From Bdellovibrionota bacterium (lineage in GTDB: Bacteria; Bdellovibrionota_C; UBA2361; OMII01), in NCBI GenBank assembly GCA_044356215.1, contig JBIKWQ010000030.1, forward strand, positions 1 through 37,842: a stretch of 37,842 nucleotides of DNA, given 5' to 3'. Below, piece after piece: positions 17,581-26,748 of the stretch (positions are counted from its first letter, which is position 1; the number at the start of each line of letters is the position of its first letter). The notes below the pieces were generated by a model, which worked only from the letters and a program-made list of their open reading frames with translations, had not been told where the DNA came from and made no database searches. A program made the position numbers and the translations under genes.

Positions 17581-19179
17581 ATGAGGACCCCTTATATCTT
17601 TAAAAATCACCCTCTATCTGATTTCAGCGTAGCTAACGTTCGAACGGCGCTACAAGACCATCTGCTCTCACTAGAGAGGCAACTATCCGCCAAACCATTT
17701 GAGGTAACACCAATAATTAACGGAGCTCCGGAACCTCACGGAAAATTAGTGTCACGAGAGGACCCCAGCGATAAGAACAGAATCATCGCCAATGTGGATT
17801 ACGCGACCGTAGAGCAGGCGTCCCGTGCGGTCGCGGTCTGCCAGAAAGCTCTCCCTGCTTGGCGCGCTAGAACCTTCGAGGAACGTGCGGCGATAATCGA
17901 ACGAGCTGGGCATCTTATCCGCGAAAGAGCTGCTTACTTCACCTCTTTAGTGATAAAGGAGGCAGGAAAGCCGTGGCGCGACTCAGACGCTGACATCGCT
18001 GAGGCGATCGATTTCTGTGTCTACTACGCCGCCGAAATGCGTCGATTAGGGCCTCCAACCCTCACCGAGCAGGTACTCGGAGAGGAGAATTACTATCTCT
18101 ATCAACCGCGTGGTGTAGTGGCGGTGATAGCACCGTGGAACTTCCCTTTAGCTATAGCATGTGGAATGGTCGCGGCCGCGTTGGTAACTGGTAACACCGT
18201 TGTTTTCAAGCCAGCGGAACAAAGTAGCGCGACAGGTCAAGAAATGACCAAGATCTTTTTTGAAGCCGGAGTGCCGGCCGAATGTCTAGCGTTCCTCCCA
18301 GGGCAGGGCGAGGAAGTGGGGCGCGCCCTTGTGGAGAATCCAGCAGTTTCGATGATCGTCTTTACGGGCTCAAGACCTGTTGGGCTTGAGATTATTTCAA
18401 GCGCAGCGGCTCATCCTGGCCAACAGGGGATCAAGCGGGTTGTAGCCGAGCTAGGTGGTAAGAACGCCATAATCGTTGACGAGGACGCTGATTTTGATGA
18501 CGCGATTCGCGGAGTGCTTACATCAGCTTTCGGCTATGCTGGACAGAAGTGTTCGGCGTGTTCAAGGTTGATTATTGTGGGCTCCGCGTATGAACCGTTT
18601 TTAGAGCGTCTCGCGGCGGCAACTAAGGACATAATTATCGGCCCATCCAAAGACTCGTCAAGTTTCTTGGGACCCGTGATAGACGAGCAGGCTTACAATC
18701 GCATTAACACGGCAATAAACTCCGCGATAGATCTCACAATCCTGGCGCGAGGTTCCTTTTCAGATGATATAGCTAGCAAGGGTTGGTACATAGCTCCAAC
18801 GGTCTTTAGAGATGTTCCAGACACTCACACTATCTGGCGCGATGAGATCTTCGCTCCTGTTTTAGCGTGCGCTCAAGCCAAATCTTTCGACCATGCGCTA
18901 GATATGGCTAATGGATCAGAGTACGCGCTGACAGGCGGAGTTTACACCCGCAACCCAGAACATCTAGCTAGAGCCAAAGAGGATTTCAGGGTGGGAAATC
19001 TATATATTAATCGCGGGATCACCGGAGCCCTTGTGTGTCGACAACCGTTTGGTGGATTTAAATTTTCTGGCGTCGGTTCTAAAGCTGGGGGACGAGATTA
19101 CCTTATTCAGTTTATGGAGCCGCGGGTAGTCACTGAGAATACTATGCGGCGCGGTTTTACGCCGGATCTAAACAGTTAA
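17581..19179 (+). CDS. pruA: L-glutamate gamma-semialdehyde (P5C) dehydrogenase
   Basis: EAIDF, IAPWNFP, FTGS, AELGGKN, AGQKCSACSR, EIFAPV, YALTGG, QPFGGFKFSG. Confidence 0.95.
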   Translation: MRTPYIFKNHPLSDFSVANVRTALQDHLLSLERQLSAKPFEVTPIINGAPEPHGKLVSREDPSDKNRIIANVDYATVEQASRAVAVCQKALPAWRARTFEERAAIIERAGHLIRERAAYFTSLVIKEAGKPWRDSDADIAEAIDFCVYYAAEMRRLGPPTLTEQVLGEENYYLYQPRGVVAVIAPWNFPLAIACGMVAAALVTGNTVVFKPAEQSSATGQEMTKIFFEAGVPAECLAFLPGQGEEVGRALVENPAVSMIVFTGSRPVGLEIISSAAAHPGQQGIKRVVAELGGKNAIIVDEDADFDDAIRGVLTSAFGYAGQKCSACSRLIIVGSAYEPFLERLAAATKDIIIGPSKDSSSFLGPVIDEQAYNRINTAINSAIDLTILARGSFSDDIASKGWYIAPTVFRDVPDTHTIWRDEIFAPVLACAQAKSFDHALDMANGSEYALTGGVYTRNPEHLARAKEDFRVGNLYINRGITGALVCRQPFGGFKFSGVGSKAGGRDYLIQFMEPRVVTENTMRRGFTPDLNS

Positions 19180-19183
19180 CTTT

Positions 19184-19846
19184 ATGTTCGATTTAATCAT
19201 AGGCTCTGATGGCCTATTCGCCTACGTCATAGTTCTGGTTGCCCTGCTCGCGGGGTCCGTCGGTATTCCAGCACCGGAAGACCTTACCCTCATCGCCGCC
19301 GGGATACTCTGCAGCCTATCCCAGGTGAATATGTGGGTGATGGGGCTGACATGCTATTTGGGGCTTATCATCGGCGATTTAATAATTTACCGAATCGGCT
19401 GGATGGCCGGTCCTACTCTTTTTAGAAAGAAGTGGTTTCGAAAGCATATATCAACGAGTCGCCTTCAGGCGATGCGCACCAATCTCCATAAACGCACCAT
19501 GCTAACGATACTTATAGCGCGGCATCTTTTCTACATCCGAACCGCGACCTTCTTGATGTGTGGGGCGGTTCGCATATCATTGTCCAGATTCCTCGTGATG
19601 GACGCCATCGCCGCCCTAATCACAACCCCGCTTATGATGGGGCTAGGATACGTCTTCGCGCATAACTACCAAGTTATCATTAGGTGGATGCGAGATCTCA
19701 AATACGTTCTTGTGGGGATCGGACTAATCGCCGCGATATTTATCTATCGTCACTACAAACGAGGAAAAGCCGAAGCTGAATCTGATTTCGCTGATTGCAT
19801 CGACAACAGTGATGACAATAAAGGAGACACTGTGGAGGGGGCTTAA
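19184..19846 (+). CDS. dedA: DedA/SNARE-associated family membrane protein
   Basis: GIPAPEDLTLIAAG, GDLIIYRIG, ARHLFYIR; multiple TMs. Confidence 0.88.
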   Translation: MFDLIIGSDGLFAYVIVLVALLAGSVGIPAPEDLTLIAAGILCSLSQVNMWVMGLTCYLGLIIGDLIIYRIGWMAGPTLFRKKWFRKHISTSRLQAMRTNLHKRTMLTILIARHLFYIRTATFLMCGAVRISLSRFLVMDAIAALITTPLMMGLGYVFAHNYQVIIRWMRDLKYVLVGIGLIAAIFIYRHYKRGKAEAESDFADCIDNSDDNKGDTVEGA

Positions 19847-19849
19847 AAC

Positions 19850-20944
19850 CTAAAACTGCTCTCTCATCTCCTCCTCAAGCCCCTCCATCACACGAACTAT
19901 TTGGAACTGCGTGCGTGCTCGTTCAAGATTTTGCAAAGGCCTGTGGATCCTAAAATATGGGTCTCCCTGCAGATAATCCGTCAGAAAACGAACCCCTAAA
20001 ATTAAAGCTAAGTTACGAGGCGCCGTGACGAGTCGCTCACGTTCAGACTGAACCAATGAATCACCTATTTCTGAGAGATATCCCTCACAGATCGCCTTAA
20101 AAAGGCTCATATCAAAGACAACTTTCGAAAAATCCTGCTCGTCCTCGGCACAAGGCACAGCTGTATTCCGAACTAGATCACCAAAGTCATAAACTACGGT
20201 TCCTGCCATACAGGTATCTAAATCAAGGAGGCAGATCGCGCGCTTTCCAGAAGCATCAAACAAGACGTTATTAAGCTTCATATCGTTGTGAGCCACCCTG
20301 CAAGGCAAGGTCTTATCGCGTACCGCTGTGATTAGAGACCCGCCGAAATCACTCCGTGTTCCGGCGAAATCTATCTCCTCCCGACAGGTAGCGGCCCTTT
20401 TCTTGGAATCGTTTTTAACCGCCTCATAGAAAGCTTTGTAGCGTCTCTGTCCATCTACAAAGTGCGGTATCGTCTCTACAAAAGAGCTCGGATTTAGAAC
20501 ACTTAGAGAACGCTGGAAGCGCCCCAGTATAGCGGCAGCCTGAGCCGCTACTGCCGCTGAGGGACAAACATCATAGGTGACTGTGTCCTCAATAAACTCG
20601 AAAGTTCTCCAGAACTCTCCCTGTTCATCTTTTATAAATCCGGCTCCGTCGCGACTTTTAATGACCGTCAAGGTAACCTCGTCCGCGGGCAAAGATCCTC
20701 TATACCTAGCCTCCCTGAGTGTATTAGTGACCAGCTCCAGGTTTTCCATCAATCCTGGGATATCAGGAAATATTCGGTGGTTGACCACCTGATGAACGTA
20801 ACGCCGCCGCCGGCCTTTAATATCCCAAATCCCTACGTACGTTCTGTTGATATGGCCGCGCTTCAGCTCCTCAATAGAGATCAATTCACCGGGAATATCG
20901 AAACTCCTTAAGATCTCTACCGGGATGATTCGGGACTGTTCCAT
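19850..20944 (-). CDS. aminoglycoside-phosphotransferase-fold sugar kinase (N-acetylhexosamine 1-kinase-like)
   Basis: GHINRTY, HNDMKLNNVLF (Brenner motif), LDLDT, YDFGD, GVRFLTDYLQGDPYF. Confidence 0.85.
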   Translation of the reverse strand: MEQSRIIPVEILRSFDIPGELISIEELKRGHINRTYVGIWDIKGRRRRYVHQVVNHRIFPDIPGLMENLELVTNTLREARYRGSLPADEVTLTVIKSRDGAGFIKDEQGEFWRTFEFIEDTVTYDVCPSAAVAAQAAAILGRFQRSLSVLNPSSFVETIPHFVDGQRRYKAFYEAVKNDSKKRAATCREEIDFAGTRSDFGGSLITAVRDKTLPCRVAHNDMKLNNVLFDASGKRAICLLDLDTCMAGTVVYDFGDLVRNTAVPCAEDEQDFSKVVFDMSLFKAICEGYLSEIGDSLVQSERERLVTAPRNLALILGVRFLTDYLQGDPYFRIHRPLQNLERARTQFQIVRVMEGLEEEMREQF

Positions 20945-20959
20945 TGCTAGTGAGTGAAA

Positions 20960-22309
20960 CTACGCGTTACTTACTCTAACCTCTTCTTTGTTAGAAACTC
21001 CCATTCCAGCTACATCCTCTTCGAACAGGGCTCTAACAAACGCGTCAGCGTCGAATCGCAGCAGGTCTTCAACCTTTTCGCCTACCCCGATAAAGAACAC
21101 AGGTAGGTTCAGCTCCTGAGAGATCGCCACTATGATGCCGCCTTTAGGAGTTCCATCCAGTTTGGTTACCACTATACCAGATACTGGGACAGCTTGATTA
21201 AACTCCCTCGCCTGAATAAGCGCGTTCTGCCCACTCACACCATCAAGCACCAGAACTGTCTCGTGTGGTCCATCCGGAAAATGTCTTCGGATAGAGTTGC
21301 GCACCCCCTCAAGCTCCTGCATCAAATTCGACTTTGTGTGCAACCGACCCGCTGTATCAATTAAAACAACATCGAATCCGCCGTCTTTAGCGGCTAACAT
21401 ACCATCAAACACGACCGCGCTCGGCTTCGCGTTCTCCGCGCCTCTCACTAAGGTAAAACCAACCCTATTCGACCACTCTGCAAGCTGCTCTACTGCGGCC
21501 GCTCGGAAGGTATCAGCCGCTACAGCTATAACCTTCTTCCCTTGAGCCTTGTATTTCGTGGCTAACTTAGCGACCGTTGTGGTCTTGCCGACGCCGTTCA
21601 CTCCCACCACAAGCACAATCAGGGGTGTCTTCTTTGGCTCGTATATCTCGCGATTAGCCTCGGCGCTAACCAGTCGAGACCTGATTCCATTGATCAGTAA
21701 GCTTTTTAGACTCTCCGAACTTAGGCCATCTTTTGAAGCGGCGGCTGTGTCTTTTACCTCTCCTACAAGATCAGCCGCGCACCTAGCTCCCACGTCACTT
21801 AAAATTAAGGCTTCCTCAAGATCATCTAGGGTGTCTGTGTCGATAACAGGCTTGCTTGAAAAGAAGCTCCCTAGGCGCTCAAGTAAACCTACCCTGCTTT
21901 TTTTTAGTCCCTTTGAGATCGCTGATTCACTGGGCGCTACGGAAGGCCTTACTACCTCAAGTTCTCTCTCAGGAGCTTGAGGAGTTACCTCAACCTGCTT
22001 TGCGGCCTCCAGCTCAACCGCTACCTCGGAGGGCTTAGCGGCCTCCTCTATCAAAGCAGGCTCACTCTCAACAACAACTGATTTAGCCAAAGCACGCTGA
22101 AGATCCTCGCGCGTCGCTCCCAACTCAGTGTTTAATCGGCTTATCTCAGCTTGACTGGCCCTCAAACTAATTGAGAGTAGCGCCAGGAGCCCAAGCCCTA
22201 GGACCACTAAAAACGTGGCGAACTCAACGCTCTCCTCCGGGTTCTGGCCGACATACGAAATTACCGCCTCTGTGTATACCTGCAGCGCTCTTAAAGCATC
22301 CTCAAACAT
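20960..22309 (-). CDS. ftsY: SRP receptor FtsY with an N-terminal TM segment
   Basis: GVNGVGKTTT, DTFRAAA, DTAGRLH, TKLDGTPKGG, FIGVGE. Confidence 0.96.
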   Translation of the reverse strand: MFEDALRALQVYTEAVISYVGQNPEESVEFATFLVVLGLGLLALLSISLRASQAEISRLNTELGATREDLQRALAKSVVVESEPALIEEAAKPSEVAVELEAAKQVEVTPQAPERELEVVRPSVAPSESAISKGLKKSRVGLLERLGSFFSSKPVIDTDTLDDLEEALILSDVGARCAADLVGEVKDTAAASKDGLSSESLKSLLINGIRSRLVSAEANREIYEPKKTPLIVLVVGVNGVGKTTTVAKLATKYKAQGKKVIAVAADTFRAAAVEQLAEWSNRVGFTLVRGAENAKPSAVVFDGMLAAKDGGFDVVLIDTAGRLHTKSNLMQELEGVRNSIRRHFPDGPHETVLVLDGVSGQNALIQAREFNQAVPVSGIVVTKLDGTPKGGIIVAISQELNLPVFFIGVGEKVEDLLRFDADAFVRALFEEDVAGMGVSNKEEVRVSNA

Positions 22310-22370
22310 CCCGTCCCCTTCAGCCCTGGAAAAAGCCGTCTCTGGCCATTAATACAAAATGATTGCTTAC

Positions 22371-25300
22371 CTACGCGACCTGACGCTCAGCCTCTTGAAG
22401 CGATACAGTAAGGATCTTCGATGCGCCAGGTGTTGGCATAGTTACGCCCACCAAAGTATCAGCCGCGGCCATTGAAGCCTTGTTATGGGTAATCATCAGG
22501 AACTGAGTTCTGGCGCTCATCTCTTTGATAAATGCGACAAAACGCTGAACATTAGCCTCATCAAGCGGAGCATCAACCTCATCTAATACACAGATCGGGC
22601 TCGGACGAACCATAAACATACTAAATACGAGAGCGATCGCGCACAGCGCCTTCTCACCACCTGAAAGCAGGTCAATACTCTTTGGCTTCTTGCCCGGAGG
22701 GCGAACCAAGATCTCAACTCCCGACTCGAGCGGATTGGCTGGGTCAACCAATCTAAGCTCAGCAGAGCCTCCTCCAAAAAGCTTCGGCCCAAAGATAGCG
22801 AAGTTTGTCCGGATCGCCTCGAAAGTCGCGACGAACCTCTTTGTGCAGGCCTCTGATAATTCCGCTAGGGTCTGAGTTAAGGTCTCACTAGCCTTAACCA
22901 GGTCCTCACGCTGCGCCTCTATATCCTGGAGACGCTTACTCTCAGACTCGTGCTGCTCGATTACTCCCGGGTCAACTTCCCCCTCTCGATCGAGCCGAGT
23001 TTTAATCGATGTAACACGTTGCTCTAGCTGGTTACGGAGATCATTAGCCATTAGCTCCGCCTTCTCGGCGATCTCTAGTAGCGCCGTAAGGGAATCGCCT
23101 CCATATCTCTCCCTAGCTGATGTCTCGGTGCTGTGAAGCTCTCCTTTGATTCGCTCTGTGGTCATCCGCTCACGAACTACCGTGTTGCGTTTCTCCTCAT
23201 GCTGTCTTCGTTTAGAATCTATATCGCGAAGAAGGCGCCCGAATTCGTCACGCATTCCGCGACGCTTATCCTCGAGCTCCTTGAGCGATGCGGCGATCTC
23301 CTGCAACGCACCCTCTAACTCAGAATTGTCCCTCTGGCGGAGTTGCTCGATCTCACCATTAACTGTCGCCACGGCATCTTCAAGTTGCGATATCTGCGAC
23401 TGGATCTCCTGTTTTTGCGGCTCTATACGCTCCACGTCACCACGGAGTTGAGAGAGCATCTTATTCTCACTTTGAATCCTACCGCGCGCCTCTGACTGCT
23501 GATTAGACAACTCGCGCAGCTTCCTCTGAGACTCATGAATAAGTCGTGTTAATTCAGCGTGCCGACGCTCCTTCTCAGATATCGAGAGCAGCACCGCGTC
23601 TCGCTCCTGAGCCACCGCGTCATAACGACCTTGATTCTCAGAGATCGTCTTAATAGCCTCATCAACCTTGCTCTTAATCTGGATGATTCCGCCATCGTGA
23701 CGGAGGCTATAGAAGCTCCATACAGAGAGCAGATCTCCGCTCTCTGTTACAACGACTGTGTCCTCATCCGGAGTACCGCTTGAGATCTCGTGGTCGATAA
23801 ACTTTAGAGCCGAATCCAGATCACTTGCCACCCAAACCTTAGACAGAAGACGGGTAACCAGACCCTTACTCCAAGGAAGCGTTTCTACATGCGCCAAAAG
23901 AGGAGTCACACCCGCGAAGTCGCGAGTTGGCAGCTCAACTGAGCTTTCTGGAATGGCGGCGAAAAGCCCGATCCCGAGACCACGCTTATTCGATGGATCC
24001 GCCTTCAAGACCAACTCCTGAAACGAACGTGCCACCTTAGAAACCTCGTCAACCACTAGGAATGTAGCGCGCTCAGCTAACACCGACTGCAGAGCCTTCG
24101 AATAGCGATCTTGAACCTTGATTCCATCAACCAGAAGTTTGTAGTCGCCACGGATCTCCTGAGGAATCTGCCCCTCTCCACCCAAAGCCCTCTTAAGCTG
24201 CGCCAAAGGTGATGCCGCTGTCATTTGAGACTGCAGCGCGTCACGACGACTCTGCGCGGAAACAAGTGTGTCACGCACCTCGCGAACCGCGCGATCGAGC
24301 TGTCTCTGCGTATCACGCAGAACTCCCAACTCGGCTGAGATAGAGCGCTGCTCCTCTTCTCCTGAGAGATCTAGGGCTCCTACCTGCTGCTCAAGCTCGT
24401 TAGCCCGAGCCTCTAATTTACTTAGGGCGTCGCTTGAATCCTGAGCTCGCTGACAGAGCATTACTCTGCGTTCCTCTAAGCGATTTACCTCGGCATTACG
24501 GGCGTTAATCAGCGACTGAATCTCACGAGCTCTAGATTCCTTTTGAGCGATCTCACGATTGCGGCGGCTAAGATCATCTTTAATCGCGTCGTGCCGCTGA
24601 CGTAGTTGTTCAATCTCTACATCGAACTGCATCGAACGATCACGCGCCTGTTGCTCTTGTTGTTCAACCTCTTGTAGAGCCGCCGCTGCTTGAGCCTCCT
24701 CTTGCGCGAAGGTTTCAGCGCGATCTGAGACATCGCGAATGCGCTTGCGTAATCTAGCAAACGTATCTGTAAAGAGCTCCCGCTCGGACGTAGCTAATTC
24801 CTCTTTTAGCTCCGCGCGATTCGCGGCACGAGCCGCTTGACGCTTTAGATTAGCTACCTGGCGTGTAACTTCCTTGATTACATCCTCAAGACGAAGAACC
24901 TGCCCCTTGGTATCCTCTAACCGTTTAGACACCGCGTTGATGTGCTCTCTGAAACCAGCGATATGCGCGGCTTCCTCAATGACTTGGCGGCGGTCATCGG
25001 GCTTCGCTGTGATAATGCGGCCGATCTCACCCTGAGCTATAATCGTATAACCACGAGAAGCTAGCCCCAGGACACGGAATAGCTCCTTGACATCCTTTAA
25101 GCGCGCGGGAACCTTATTGATGAAGAACTCAGATTCACCACTGCGATAGAGACGCCGAGTTACCTGAACCTCGCTTACTGATTGCAGCCAGGAATATTTT
25201 GATAGCGATGCTTTGATGTCGGACATGAAGGTCTGCGGCGCATCGACTTGGTTCTCATCACTCGACACCTCCGCAGCGTCGACTTGGCTCTCATCACTCG

Positions 25301-25772
25301 ACATCTCCGCAGCGTCGACTTGGCTCTCATCACTCGACACCTCCTCTGCGTCGGATGTAACAGCCTCAGATTTCTCAGATCCCTCAACAACTTCTGCTAT
25401 CTCAACAACGTCACTATTAACAGGCAGCTGAGGCACTCCTCCCGCAGCGGCGATCATCGCACCTTCCGCGGCTTCATAGTAGGCAAGCAGGTCTGCCAAA
25501 AGGTTATCTTTGTCCGCCCTGATAAAGATCGACACCTCGGCCAACCCGAGCGGCCTTAACGATTCAGTTCCGTTAAAAATTACATCCTCAAGTACTCCAC
25601 CACGAAGCTGAGACGCTCTTGTCTCTCCTAGCACCCAACGCAACGCGTCGATAATATTTGATTTGCCACACCCGTTTGGCCCAACAACGCCGGTGATTCC
25701 CGACTCTAAAGGGAGCACGAGGCGCTCCATGAATGACTTGAAACCGAAGACTTCTAACCGTTCAACTCTCAT
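22371..25772 (-). CDS. smc: chromosome partition protein SMC
   Basis: GFKSF, GPNGCGKSN, IIAQGEI, coiled coils, LSGGEKAL, VLDEVDAPLD, MITH; smc-ftsY synteny. Confidence 0.96.
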   Translation of the reverse strand: MRVERLEVFGFKSFMERLVLPLESGITGVVGPNGCGKSNIIDALRWVLGETRASQLRGGVLEDVIFNGTESLRPLGLAEVSIFIRADKDNLLADLLAYYEAAEGAMIAAAGGVPQLPVNSDVVEIAEVVEGSEKSEAVTSDAEEVSSDESQVDAAEMSSDESQVDAAEVSSDENQVDAPQTFMSDIKASLSKYSWLQSVSEVQVTRRLYRSGESEFFINKVPARLKDVKELFRVLGLASRGYTIIAQGEIGRIITAKPDDRRQVIEEAAHIAGFREHINAVSKRLEDTKGQVLRLEDVIKEVTRQVANLKRQAARAANRAELKEELATSERELFTDTFARLRKRIRDVSDRAETFAQEEAQAAAALQEVEQQEQQARDRSMQFDVEIEQLRQRHDAIKDDLSRRNREIAQKESRAREIQSLINARNAEVNRLEERRVMLCQRAQDSSDALSKLEARANELEQQVGALDLSGEEEQRSISAELGVLRDTQRQLDRAVREVRDTLVSAQSRRDALQSQMTAASPLAQLKRALGGEGQIPQEIRGDYKLLVDGIKVQDRYSKALQSVLAERATFLVVDEVSKVARSFQELVLKADPSNKRGLGIGLFAAIPESSVELPTRDFAGVTPLLAHVETLPWSKGLVTRLLSKVWVASDLDSALKFIDHEISSGTPDEDTVVVTESGDLLSVWSFYSLRHDGGIIQIKSKVDEAIKTISENQGRYDAVAQERDAVLLSISEKERRHAELTRLIHESQRKLRELSNQQSEARGRIQSENKMLSQLRGDVERIEPQKQEIQSQISQLEDAVATVNGEIEQLRQRDNSELEGALQEIAASLKELEDKRRGMRDEFGRLLRDIDSKRRQHEEKRNTVVRERMTTERIKGELHSTETSARERYGGDSLTALLEIAEKAELMANDLRNQLEQRVTSIKTRLDREGEVDPGVIEQHESESKRLQDIEAQREDLVKASETLTQTLAELSEACTKRFVATFEAIRTNFAIFGPKLFGGGSAELRLVDPANPLESGVEILVRPPGKKPKSIDLLSGGEKALCAIALVFSMFMVRPSPICVLDEVDAPLDEANVQRFVAFIKEMSARTQFLMITHNKASMAAADTLVGVTMPTPGASKILTVSLQEAERQVA
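25240..25347. repeat. 3 x 36-bp in-frame tandem repeat inside smc
   Basis: Units at 25240-25275, 25276-25311 and 25312-25347, consensus GCGTCGACTTGGCTCTCATCACTCGACACCTCCGCA; encodes (A/E)E(V/M)SSDE(S/N)QVDA(A). Confidence 0.95.
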
Positions 25773-26022
25773 CTTTTATTATGGAACTACAAGACGTTAT
25801 ACGCGCCCTCGCCGCTGGAAGAAGTAGAGACAAACTCCCTAGACGTAAGAACACCCTTTACCTTTAACATTGTTAAAGCAAGAAAGCACTATTTTTCCCG
25901 AGAAACCTGGATAGAGTGAGGTCGCAGATCCATCGCTAACTAGGCTTGACACGTAACAGCCACGGCACATTACTGTCCTGTAGACTGTAACAACTCGGCC
26001 TAATTTAGTGGATTGCTCCCAA

Positions 26023-26748
26023 CTAATCTGCTTTGGGGCTCTCCCCGCAACCCGCAGGCTCGTCTCCCTCTTTCCCTACGGTGCGCGCCTCACTTCCTTC
26101 CTGCGTGTCCACCTCACCTCCAGGGATTACCTGACGAGATAGGTCTTTGATGCAGTTGGAGAGAGTTCCCTTGTGCGGCGCCAGGATGGATATGGAGTAG
26201 TCAAAGGCCGACACGTAAGAGAAAACTAACGACACAAGCAAGATATTCAAGCCGATTAACTGATAGGTAACCTTATAGCCCATAAATCCGATCGAGTAAT
26301 CGTGTAGCAGTAAAGCTAAGATCGCCACCATCTGCAGAAAGCTCTTAACTTTACCACCTGATTTAGCCGCCACCACATTACCATCTTTAGCCGCGTACGC
26401 CCGCAAACCCGTCACCCAGAACTCTCGCGCCAAAATCAGAACAACCATCCAACCCGGGACAAAGGAGATACATTGATCATCTCGAACCGCTACCAGCATT
26501 ACCAAAGCCGCCATGACCAGGATCTTGTCAGCCAGAGGATCAAATAGCTTTCCGAAATCAGTGATCGCCTTGTACCGTCTCGCGATAATTCCATCCGCGT
26601 AATCTGTAATAGCGGCGAGTACAAAGATAATTGCCGCTATGTTTAGCGAGGCTCTTGATGGTTCGATCAAAAAAGCTACGAAGACCGGTATTAAAGCCAG
26701 TCTAATAAAAGTCAACCAGTTGGGGATTTTTTTGTACCAATCAGCCAT
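26023..26748 (-). CDS. pgsA: CDP-diacylglycerol--glycerol-3-phosphate 3-phosphatidyltransferase
   Basis: IPNWLTFIR, TDYADGIIARR..ITDFGKLFDPLADK, ILAREFWVTGLR, GKVKS. Confidence 0.95.
   Translation of the reverse strand: MADWYKKIPNWLTFIRLALIPVFVAFLIEPSRASLNIAAIIFVLAAITDYADGIIARRYKAITDFGKLFDPLADKILVMAALVMLVAVRDDQCISFVPGWMVVLILAREFWVTGLRAYAAKDGNVVAAKSGGKVKSFLQMVAILALLLHDYSIGFMGYKVTYQLIGLNILLVSLVFSYVSAFDYSISILAPHKGTLSNCIKDLSRQVIPGGEVDTQEGSEARTVGKEGDEPAGCGESPKAD

Noticed and set aside
17554..17583. Programmed +1 frameshift joining PRODH to P5CDH
   Set aside because: The two open frames overlap only at 17557-17564 (a TAG at 17554 closes the second), there is no slippery codon, and the second gene has its own ATG and RBS-like site.
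25240..25347. 36-bp repeats as a CRISPR array
   Set aside because: The units are contiguous with no spacers, are in frame within smc, and no cas genes are present.
25179..25517. Intein in SMC
   Set aside because: No N-terminal Cys or C-terminal His-Asn splice motifs; the insert is low-complexity and acidic.
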